DNA of 64,000 nucleotides from IMG/VR virus record IMGVR_UViG_3300033562_000225, positions 1 through 64,000 of that record. One strand, given 5' to 3'. The position numbers were made by a program, and so were the translations under genes. Positions 9,888 through 16,410 of this stretch are shown here, one piece after another. Source of the DNA: a virus. Under the pieces are notes generated by a model. That model made no database searches. It saw nothing but the letters and a program-made list of their open reading frames with translations, and was not told where the DNA came from. Every line of letters starts with the position of its first letter. Positions within the stretch are counted from its first letter, which is position 1.

Positions 9888-10058
9888 CTAAAAAAGGGTT
9901 TTAAAGTACCTCTTTATGAGGCGTATTAAACAAATAAATTCCAATACCGCTGCCGTACTACTAAGAAGTACTAGGCCACTATCTGCTGTCAGAAATCCCC
10001 ACCAAGTGCCTCCACAGGCTATGAGTAGACATACTAACATGATTAAGATATTTTTCAT
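9888..10058 (-). CDS. small lipoprotein candidate (56 aa, below ORF-track cutoff)
   Basis: My own translation: MKNILIMLVCLLIACGGTWWGF... The signal peptide ends in the lipobox-like L-I-A-C. ATG at 10058. The stop lies 1 nt before the next gene's start (9886). Confidence 0.45.
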   Translation of the reverse strand: MKNILIMLVCLLIACGGTWWGFLTADSGLVLLSSTAAVLEFICLIRLIKRYFKTLF

Positions 10059-10137
10059 CGGTTTTAAAGTTGAAATGTAGTAAGATTTTATTTATAACAC
10101 ATTTAATGAGTACTAAAACAAAATCTTTATATGTTAA

Positions 10138-10317
10138 TTAAGGTTGTACATTCTTAGGTTGGTGACGTTGAGCATACCTAACCAGACGAATTAAGTCTAG
10201 GTGCTGCTTAGCCGTGTAGTAGCTGACTTTTAAAACATCATCCATAGTGAACGGATAAGGGAGTGAGTAGGTTTCGGCTAATTTCTCGGCGGTCTCCTGG
10301 CGAATTACTTGGCTCAT
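10138..10317 (-). CDS. hypothetical protein (59 aa, below ORF-track cutoff)
   Basis: My own translation: MSQVIRQETAEKLAETYSLPYPF... It abuts the upstream ORF, whose stop is at 10318-10320. Confidence 0.4.
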   Translation of the reverse strand: MSQVIRQETAEKLAETYSLPYPFTMDDVLKVSYYTAKQHLDLIRLVRYAQRHQPKNVQP

Positions 10318-10497
10318 TTAGTTTAGGTTGAAGGTGTAAATAAATACGTTAGGCCATTGGGTACAAAGCGGTCTTATATCGACCATCCCCACCGTGAGCA
10401 TTCGGTGTACTATAAGCTGTTGAGGCACTACCCTTGTGCGGGTGTAGTATCCGACTACGACACAAACCTGCGCTAACCTTTCCACTTTTATACTCAT
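10318..10497 (-). CDS. hypothetical protein (59 aa, below ORF-track cutoff)
   Basis: My own translation: MSIKVERLAQVCVVVGYYTRTR... Fills an otherwise empty gap. Confidence 0.35.
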   Translation of the reverse strand: MSIKVERLAQVCVVVGYYTRTRVVPQQLIVHRMLTVGMVDIRPLCTQWPNVFIYTFNLN

Positions 10498-10607
10498 GGC
10501 AATTATGTTAAAAATTATTCTGTGAAAAAACTTTTTCCTATAAGGGTAAATTGAAAAATCCTAAAATCGGCTGCCGTTCTTGTTAGGTGGTAATCTAACC
10601 AAACAGA

Positions 10608-10871
10608 TTAACGGGAGTTGATAATAACGCGTTCTACTCTCCTAAACTCTTTATTTAGGTTGTATATGGAATCATTTAACTGTTCTTTTAGCTCGGGTAA
10701 GGATAGATTAGAGGCCACAGATTCATACTTGGTGAATATATCCAAGTCCTGTAACATCGTTTCAAATTCCTCAAACTTCCCAAGGACGCGTAATATCTGA
10801 GTTCTTTGTATAATCGCCCGGTTGTACTCGGTATTCCCGAAACTAGTTGGGCTAAGAGGTGTATTTTTCAT
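10608..10871 (-). CDS. hypothetical protein
   Basis: ORF track. ATGA start/stop overlap with the small upstream lipoprotein ORF. Confidence 0.5.
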   Translation of the reverse strand: MKNTPLSPTSFGNTEYNRAIIQRTQILRVLGKFEEFETMLQDLDIFTKYESVASNLSLPELKEQLNDSIYNLNKEFRRVERVIINSR

Positions 10872-10987
10872 CGTTCAATATTTGGTATCGTGTCTAATCG
10901 TACTGTGTCAACTTCAACCGCTTTTGGTTGTATGGTTTCCTTGTTGCAGGAAGCCAATAGCAATAATAGCAAACAAAGTACTTTCAT
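10868..10987 (-). CDS. small lipoprotein candidate (39 aa, below ORF-track cutoff)
   Basis: My own codon-by-codon translation: MKVLCLLLLLLASCNKETIQPKAVEVDTVRLDTIPNIER. The lipobox is L-A-S-C. The TGA overlaps the ATG of 10608..10871. Confidence 0.5.
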   Translation of the reverse strand: MKVLCLLLLLLASCNKETIQPKAVEVDTVRLDTIPNIER

Positions 10988-10989
10988 AG

Positions 10990-11214
10990 TTAAAGGAATT
11001 GAGGGTAGTCTATAACCTCGGGCAAACGCCCTTCGTATCTTAGTTTTATATACCTCTGTTGAAGCCTAAGCATAGCCCTATAACGCGTTTGTTCATATAC
11101 AGTGCCCGCCCGTATGACTGCTTTTCTTTCTACTAATTCAATAGAGTTACTTTCAAATGATTTAATTTCCCCTTTAGCATTATGCCAAATAACTGACCAT
11201 CTAGTAATCTTCAT
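10990..11214 (-). CDS. hypothetical protein
   Basis: ORF track. Tiling. Confidence 0.5.
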   Translation of the reverse strand: MKITRWSVIWHNAKGEIKSFESNSIELVERKAVIRAGTVYEQTRYRAMLRLQQRYIKLRYEGRLPEVIDYPQFL

Positions 11215-11226
11215 CGATCAAAGTTT

Positions 11227-11388
11227 TTACAGTAGTTCACAAATAATCATTAGGACTATAACACCTATTAACGCTAAGAACGCGTTATTTGAAACATCCA
11301 TGTAGGATTGTGGGGTTTTGCCTTGCTCGGTGTCTTCGTCGAACTCTACTAAGCCCGAATCTAATAACTTAGATAAAAAGTTTTTCAT
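11227..11388 (-). CDS. small tail-anchored membrane protein candidate (53 aa)
   Basis: My own translation: MKNFLSKLLDSGLVEFDEDTEQGK...AFLALIGVIVLMIICELL. The C-terminal segment is hydrophobic. Confidence 0.4.
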   Translation of the reverse strand: MKNFLSKLLDSGLVEFDEDTEQGKTPQSYMDVSNNAFLALIGVIVLMIICELL

Positions 11389-11399
11389 TTTATTCCTTG

Positions 11400-11600
11400 T
11401 TAGTAGTAAAACAATTTGATTAGTCCAAGTAGTATGAAAATAGCACTCACAAATAGTACCATACTTACTACAAACGTAGCCACCAAAACAGAAGCAAATG
11501 GGTAACCAATTAGGCTTTGGTCAGTACCCTTCGTACGACCTATTAGTGCCTTAAACACCAACCAAAGCAGTGTTGAAAAGTCTTTCATGTTATTCCTCAT
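11400..11600 (-). CDS. small membrane protein
   Basis: Two hydrophobic segments. An alternative ATG at 11588 (MKDFSTLL) would sit just after the stop of the upstream small ORF. Confidence 0.5.
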   Translation of the reverse strand: MRNNMKDFSTLLWLVFKALIGRTKGTDQSLIGYPFASVLVATFVVSMVLFVSAIFILLGLIKLFYY

Positions 11601-11751
11601 AAGACGTACCTTTTAATAACTCATCGATCATATCTATTTGGGCTATGAAGCCTTCGTCTATCTTATCCCATTCCCCGTTTAAAGCCATTTCGGCATCTCT
11701 CCTAAGCATTTTAAGGGCTGCTACACATTGTTCTACTGTTAAGTCTTTCAT
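11590..11751 (-). CDS. hypothetical protein (53 aa, below ORF-track cutoff)
   Basis: My own translation: MKDLTVEQCVAALKMLRRDAEMALNGEWDKIDEGF... Fills the gap between 11600 and 11753. Confidence 0.4.
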   Translation of the reverse strand: MKDLTVEQCVAALKMLRRDAEMALNGEWDKIDEGFIAQIDMIDELLKGTSYEE

Positions 11752-11752
11752 G

Positions 11753-12115
11753 TTATTCTGATTTTAAAAATAAAACTTCTTTGTTTTCTAATAGGCATTC
11801 TACCCAATTACTAACCATATAATCGGCATAGTAATAAAACTCGTCTATTTCCCATTGTCCCGAGTCATTTAAACAAGCCTCGTCAGAAATAGCAGGGGCT
11901 TCCGTTAGTCCTATATGGTCAGTAACATCGTTCCAACCGTTACCAAGATACTGGGAAGCCTCTAATAAGTCATACATTTCAACGTGAGGAATATAAACCT
12001 CCCCTTCACCGTTTACGTTGGTGTCTTTGTCAACTGTTTCAAGAAAGTCTACAAATGCGTCATAATCATTTAAGACAATGAGCAAGCCTTTAGGCTGTTT
12101 TACTAGTGTTATCAT
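11753..12115 (-). CDS. strongly acidic hypothetical protein
   Basis: By my count about 25 D/E against 5 K/R in 120 aa. No catalytic motif. Confidence 0.55.
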   Translation of the reverse strand: MITLVKQPKGLLIVLNDYDAFVDFLETVDKDTNVNGEGEVYIPHVEMYDLLEASQYLGNGWNDVTDHIGLTEAPAISDEACLNDSGQWEIDEFYYYADYMVSNWVECLLENKEVLFLKSE

Positions 12116-12117
12116 GG

Positions 12118-12387
12118 CTATTCAAATAAAGGTTTCAACTCGTTAATATTGTAAGACTGAAACACAATCCCACCCCCGTACTGTTTGTTACTAAACTTTT
12201 TACCCCCAAAGCGTCGAGACTTACTCAAGGCTGCCGAGTATCGATAATCTATATTACTTTGATCATCCTCTATACTGAGTTTAATAGCAGAGAAGTGGCA
12301 AACATACCTAGGATTCCCGTTCACATCGTTGTTGATTCTGGTTAACTCTACTTTCTCACCATTAGACAAATTCAAAGTTTCTGTCAT
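12118..12387 (-). CDS. hypothetical protein
   Basis: ORF track. The start is preceded by the exact 15-nt motif AACCTTTTAAAGAAT (sense strand), 7 nt upstream. Confidence 0.55.
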   Translation of the reverse strand: MTETLNLSNGEKVELTRINNDVNGNPRYVCHFSAIKLSIEDDQSNIDYRYSAALSKSRRFGGKKFSNKQYGGGIVFQSYNINELKPLFE

Positions 12388-12394
12388 GATTTCT

Positions 12395-12409
12395 ATTCTT
12401 TAAAAGGTT
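12395..12409 (-). promoter_or_regulatory. conserved 15-nt pre-start motif AACCTTTTAAAGAAT, copy 1
   Basis: Exact 15-mer (plus strand reads attctttaaaaggtt), 7 nt upstream of the ATG at 12387. Confidence 0.5.
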
Positions 12410-12472
12410 TAAAATTGTTCCCGCGCTTGTATTGCTCAAGATATAACGGCTAACCGTTCACGGGATTTTAGA

Positions 12473-12655
12473 CTATTCGGCAATAAATGCGTAGTAAAAT
12501 TCAATAAATGAATATTTAACATCATATTGACCTTCAACCACCGAAGTGCAAATAACATATTTCGTCCCTATTGATTTTACTTGCAGATGGGGCATTGGAT
12601 GGCTTCCTATGCCATAGGCTAACTTTATTGCTTCTTTTATTTCTTTGTTTTTCAT
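12473..12655 (-). CDS. hypothetical protein
   Basis: ORF track. Tiling. Confidence 0.45.
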   Translation of the reverse strand: MKNKEIKEAIKLAYGIGSHPMPHLQVKSIGTKYVICTSVVEGQYDVKYSFIEFYYAFIAE

Positions 12656-12665
12656 TGTATAGATG

Positions 12666-12917
12666 TTAGACTAAACTAGCTTTTATAAACAATCGATGTG
12701 AAGGGATGAAGCAATGGCTCCTATTCATGGTTAGCATTCTAACCATAGAGTCCTTTGTCATATAGGCACATTCTTTGTCTGCATCGTGTAACCTCAAAAA
12801 CTCTTTTCTAGCCTCATTGGCTATATAGTCCTGATATTCTCTTTGAGTATTAAAAGACATTCTATATATTTCTGAGGACAACTTCTTAATGTTTCTATTC
12901 AATTCTTGCTTTGTCAT
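12666..12917 (-). CDS. hypothetical protein
   Basis: ORF track. A partial copy of the upstream motif (AACCTTTTA) precedes the start. Confidence 0.5.
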   Translation of the reverse strand: MTKQELNRNIKKLSSEIYRMSFNTQREYQDYIANEARKEFLRLHDADKECAYMTKDSMVRMLTMNRSHCFIPSHRLFIKASLV

Positions 12918-13029
12918 TGTACTAAGTGTAAAAGGTTACTATTTAAGACCGCACGCTTTACGTGCTAAAAATCTACAAACTAAAACAACTACCAATAAGG
13001 TAACAGGAATAACTATATACATGATAAGA

Positions 13030-13170
13030 CTAGTTTAAGAAGTTAATACCGAAACGAACATAAGCGGTAATACCTAATACTAAAAGAGAAACACCGATAC
13101 CAACTAATACAAAGTTCAAACGTCTCTCTACCCTACTTTCAAATGCTGTGGCTGTACTGTTCTTAATCAT
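13030..13170 (-). CDS. small membrane protein candidate (46 aa)
   Basis: My own codon-by-codon translation: MIKNSTATAFESRVERRLNFVLVGIGVSLLVLGITAYVRFGINFLN. The exact 15-nt motif lies 6 nt upstream of the ATG. Confidence 0.45.
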   Translation of the reverse strand: MIKNSTATAFESRVERRLNFVLVGIGVSLLVLGITAYVRFGINFLN

Positions 13171-13176
13171 CTTACT

Positions 13177-13191
13177 ATTCTTTAAAAGGTT
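13177..13191 (-). promoter_or_regulatory. conserved 15-nt pre-start motif, copy 2
   Basis: Exact 15-mer, 6 nt upstream of the ATG at 13170. Confidence 0.5.
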
Positions 13192-13201
13192 ATTGAACTA
13201 C

Positions 13202-13462
13202 TTAGTTATTAGAGTATCTATTATTAAACATTTGCTGAGTAACCTCGCTTGTATCAATATCCTCATTAAAAGCAACCTCAACAACAAACTCAGCATTCTC
13301 AGGATTCTCCACGCTGTTAGCCCACTCGGTGGCAACTTTAGCATTATGATAGTTAGTTGCGCTACCTGTAGGAATTGTAAAGGCTGCAACAGTTAGTAAT
13401 ACGGCTATTCCTACTACTGATAAGCAAACGCTCATAATCTTAATACGCTCTAGTAATTTCAT
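13202..13462 (-). CDS. small signal-anchored/secreted protein
   Basis: N-terminal hydrophobic segment IMSVCLSVVGIAVLLTVAAF. The exact 15-nt motif lies 6 nt upstream, and a promoter about 70 nt upstream. Confidence 0.55.
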   Translation of the reverse strand: MKLLERIKIMSVCLSVVGIAVLLTVAAFTIPTGSATNYHNAKVATEWANSVENPENAEFVVEVAFNEDIDTSEVTQQMFNNRYSNN

Positions 13463-13468
13463 AACTCA

Positions 13469-13483
13469 ATTCTTTAAAAGGTT
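13469..13483 (-). promoter_or_regulatory. conserved 15-nt pre-start motif, copy 3
   Basis: Exact 15-mer, 6 nt upstream of the ATG at 13462. Confidence 0.5.
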
Positions 13484-13528
13484 TAGTACTTGTGAGAGCC
13501 TTGTTAATCTGTCTCCCTGAGTACACTA

Positions 13529-13560
13529 CAAATATACACCAGTAGAAGAGGTTCTACAAG
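13529..13560 (-). promoter_or_regulatory. Bacteroidota-type promoter (TTG-N20-TATATTTG)
   Basis: On the minus strand, the -7 box TATATTTG is at 13536..13529 and the -33 cTTG at 13560..13557, with a 20-nt spacer. It points into gene 13202..13462. Confidence 0.55.
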
Positions 13561-14255
13561 TTAACTAAGTTTAATTGGTTTTAATGTGTGTTAAATAGAT
13601 TAAGAGGTAAACCGCTTTCCAGTAGGTTGTAGGACTGTTTACAAGGCAAAGAAGCAAATAGTGTGCAGTAATGCTCGAGTAGAAGGGATCAGAATAGGGA
13701 AAGAGTCGAATAATACTCTTTGGAAGGAATGAATAATTATGAACATATGCTCATAATAAACGGGTAAAAGAAGGGATGAAATATGGGTGAAAAGATTGAA
13801 CGGATTATATAGTAAAGAGTTAGGAAAAAGAGGGGTAAAATTCGGAGGTAATTATGCCTTATCCATAGAAAAACTCTATCACTTCCCCAATTCTAATAGA
13901 TTTTCTCTATCATCCTCCAACCTATGGATAAAGTTGTCTCCACCCCGTATAGCATCGAGACTACCTACTTGATTATCAACCTATTATATTTTTACCTATT
14001 CAGCCCCAAAACCCCTCATTTTACCCCTGTTTTGGACTGTTTTAACCCTAAAGCGTGTAGGTCCTACCACTCTTACCCTATCATTAGACCTCTTTACTCC
14101 TCTAATCGGTAGATCAACCTTCTTTGCCTAGCTACTGTTGATCATTTGGCTGTCTATTCCCTGTTATATTGGATCTATTCTCTTGTTATCCCTATCCTGT
14201 CTTATATCTATAGGCAATCTACCATAGTGAATAGGTACATTCTATTCTCAATGTT

Positions 14256-14288
14256 AAAGCCTGTTAATATAGCAGGCTTTTTCTTTTG
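14256..14288 (+). terminator. orphan plus-strand intrinsic terminator inside the gene desert
   Basis: Stem aaagcctg (14256-14263) / caggcttt (14273-14280), 9-nt loop, followed by TTCTTTTG. There is no plus-strand CDS upstream. Confidence 0.6.
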
Positions 14289-14763
14289 TATGTAGTCAAT
14301 CACCTATCTAATCATAGTGAATGAAGAGACCTCATACCAACTGTAGCAGCGTGAAGGGATCACACAAGCAATCACAGCCTATTGAAAAGGATGGCGGGGG
14401 GTTGTTTTGAGAAAGGTGATTTTGAGGTTTCGATTATCTTTTCTGGTTTCTGGTTGGAAGGCCTACCCCCTCCGGTGCTGGGGGAGTCCCCTAGACATAG
14501 AAATATGATTTTACACTACTACTTGTGGAAATACCATTTTGTAAACTACTTTACGATACTCTACACTTCAAGAAACACTACTGATACCCTGTTTTCACCT
14601 ATTTTTAGGCCTATTTAATCAACTCAACCTGTAAGTATGGTACTCTTCTATCAATTGACTATATTTAAGCCTTATTTTCCCTACTAAATAACTTCTTGTA
14701 TTCTTAATTTCTTACACTCTACTACGTAATATAATCATAACTATACTCCCGTTCAATGCTTTA

Positions 14764-14809
14764 TGCAAAAATACCCTATTTCAACGGTTTTTAATCGTAA
14801 AATAGGGTA
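14764..14809 (-). terminator. intrinsic terminator after gene 14840..15175
   Basis: 10-bp stem taccctattt (14772-14781) / aaatagggta (14800-14809) with an inner 3-bp helix. On the minus strand it is followed by TTTTTGCA. Confidence 0.6.
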
Positions 14810-14839
14810 AAACTGCTAACTAGTTGATAGGGATATTGG

Positions 14840-15175
14840 TTATACTAACTCAAGAGTGTGATCGTTGGGGAGTAGGTGTTTTATTAAATCGTATTCGGAG
14901 TCGGTAAACGTAGAGGCGTGCTCTTTATACTTACATCCAAAGTGTTCAATATTATCGCAAGTAAATACATCACTAAGACTTGTGAAATACTCTCCATTCA
15001 ACTTAACATAAAACAGTCTAGATGTCTTAGGAACCCAAACTATAGAGACCCAGAAATTAAACAGATATATAGCAAACCCATTCCTACCAATCCCTACAGT
15101 TAATATCATAAGATGCAGATACCCTCCTTTAGAAAACCTATGTTTAAATCCGGATGTTACTTTTATCATCTTCAT
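14840..15175 (-). CDS. hypothetical protein with one hydrophobic segment
   Basis: ORF track. 4-nt overlap with the upstream ORF (15172). Confidence 0.5.
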   Translation of the reverse strand: MKMIKVTSGFKHRFSKGGYLHLMILTVGIGRNGFAIYLFNFWVSIVWVPKTSRLFYVKLNGEYFTSLSDVFTCDNIEHFGCKYKEHASTFTDSEYDLIKHLLPNDHTLELV

Positions 15176-15366
15176 CGTCTTGGTATATTAACTCTTATGT
15201 TAGAGTGTTTAGTCTTGCTGCTTTTATATATTTGGTTAAACTGTGTTTGATGAGTGGTCCTAATCTCTTTCTTAATGGGATTGTTATACTCATCGTCTTC
15301 TAGTCTCGTACATTCACATATAATATCATGCTTAGTCATCTCCAATAACTGCATAGCTTCTACCAT
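15172..15366 (-). CDS. hypothetical protein
   Basis: ORF track. Tiling. Confidence 0.45.
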   Translation of the reverse strand: MVEAMQLLEMTKHDIICECTRLEDDEYNNPIKKEIRTTHQTQFNQIYKSSKTKHSNIRVNIPRR

Positions 15367-15471
15367 AGGTTACATATTATTTAATGAGTGATCGCTTCGT
15401 TTTATTATCTCAAATGTGGCTATCTCTTCGTCCTTGGCTTTCTTTACTCTCATCAACTCTACTGCTAGGAG

Positions 15472-15702
15472 TCATGAGAACTGCCCAACTATGGAGTCGA
15501 ACTTCTCTTTACCAATGTATTTAGACATAAGACGAAAAGAGCAATCCCCAGCATAAACCCTATCAATGGTAATAACATTATCTCTATGCGTGTCACGGGT
15601 CATACTACCTGATACTTCTATTAAGGCTTCTAGCATATTGGATTCCCCTAACAGGCCTTTCAATTCATCAAAATGTTTCATAAGTCTCAATGTTTTAAGC
15701 AA
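15472..15702 (-). CDS. hypothetical protein
   Basis: ORF track. The track start is a TTG. ATG at 15681 (MKHFDELKG) is more likely. Confidence 0.45.
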   Translation of the reverse strand: MLKTLRLMKHFDELKGLLGESNMLEALIEVSGSMTRDTHRDNVITIDRVYAGDCSFRLMSKYIGKEKFDSIVGQFS

Positions 15703-15929
15703 AGTTATTCATTGTCTTTCATTGGTGAAGTTAACCAATACTAAAATCTCCTAATTTGTCAATGATTTGGAGTAATTAGTACGTTTCATGCAAACTTCCC
15801 CAAACTGTTTTAGGCTTGGATAGGTAAATTACCATAGTTTCACACGTTTATTTGTAGTTAACATGTAGAAGTGATAAGTATATCCATTTACCTAGTAGTT
15901 AGTGCCTTATTTAGGCTTTAAATTGAATA

Positions 15930-15965
15930 TAGCAAAAAGACATACCCTTTGGAGATATGTCTTTT
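15930..15965 (-). terminator. intrinsic terminator after gene 15969..16379
   Basis: 10-bp stem aaaagacata (15935-15944) / tatgtctttt (15956-15965) with an 11-nt loop. On the minus strand the stem runs into T5. Confidence 0.7.
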
Positions 15966-15968
15966 ATG

Positions 15969-16379
15969 TTAATCAAGTGGATAATAGACGGAGCCCTGTA
16001 TGTGATTGCCTAATATATCCCACAAATCCTCGTCACTGTATTCAGATAAGTCGGATTCTTTATCCATGGTTATCTTACATGCATGATGCAACATATAAAA
16101 ATTATGCGGCCTTGTGATACCATGCCCCAGTAAAATGCGCCTAAACCTAACCATGTCCTCCATATTAGAGGGGTATGGGGCCTTGAATAAAACCCCCTTA
16201 TTGGCTAGATCACACACTCTACCTAGCATAACTCCCCACAACAAATCATCTGAAACCCCATCAATAACTCGATTGTGTTTAACTGATTTACGTAGTATAT
16301 AATCTTCAATAGACTCTATAATAGCCTCATCACAGTTGTACCCATTATAGGATAATAAATTAGATATTCTGGTTCTCAT
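15969..16379 (-). CDS. hypothetical protein carrying two D-x-x-L-W modules
   Basis: SDDLLWGVML and SDEDLWDILG resemble repeated modules in the adjacent 394-aa protein. Confidence 0.55.
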   Translation of the reverse strand: MRTRISNLLSYNGYNCDEAIIESIEDYILRKSVKHNRVIDGVSDDLLWGVMLGRVCDLANKGVLFKAPYPSNMEDMVRFRRILLGHGITRPHNFYMLHHACKITMDKESDLSEYSDEDLWDILGNHIQGSVYYPLD

Positions 16380-16410
16380 AAGACACGTAAATGGATATGG
16401 TTAGTAATAT

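Noticed and set aside
10073-10120. Inverted repeat TAAGATTTT ... AAAATCTTA with a ~30-nt loop between small early ORFs.
   Set aside because: It is A/T-only with a large loop and no flanking T-run on the transcribed strand, so it is probably fortuitous.
13148-13396. ORFs 13148..13396 (+) and 13198..13389 (-), which overlap 13202..13462.
   Set aside because: The 13202..13462 frame has a signal-anchor sequence, the conserved 15-nt pre-start motif and a promoter. The other two are L/I-rich shadow frames.
13463-13536. The leader of gene 13202..13462 shares pieces with the duplicated leader (GTACTCAG near the 5' end, CTCTCAC, then ACCTTTTAAA).
   Set aside because: I could not build the outer hairpin, because no 5' arm is complementary to AAACCTTTT, and the loop/5' pairing is only 4-5 bp. 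I treat it as partial sequence similarity, not a third copy.
14426-14435. GGTTTCGATT, which superficially resembles a tRNA T-arm/loop (GGTTCGAAT).
   Set aside because: The flanks cannot form a T-stem (gaggt versus atctt are not complementary), and no acceptor or anticodon arms are apparent. I found no tRNA anywhere in the window.
13787-14618. Track ORFs 13787..13972, 13924..14112 and 14382..14618 inside the gene desert.
   Set aside because: Two use non-ATG starts and overlap each other. Their translations are low-complexity (S/L/P/Y-rich, or driven by G/C homopolymers). There is no start context like that of real genes here. The region is better treated as non-coding.
14766-14773. A minus-strand TATTTTTG that matches the -7 box consensus at the right edge of the desert.
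   Set aside because: It is simply the T-run of the terminator at 14772-14809, and it has no TTG at the 20-nt spacing.
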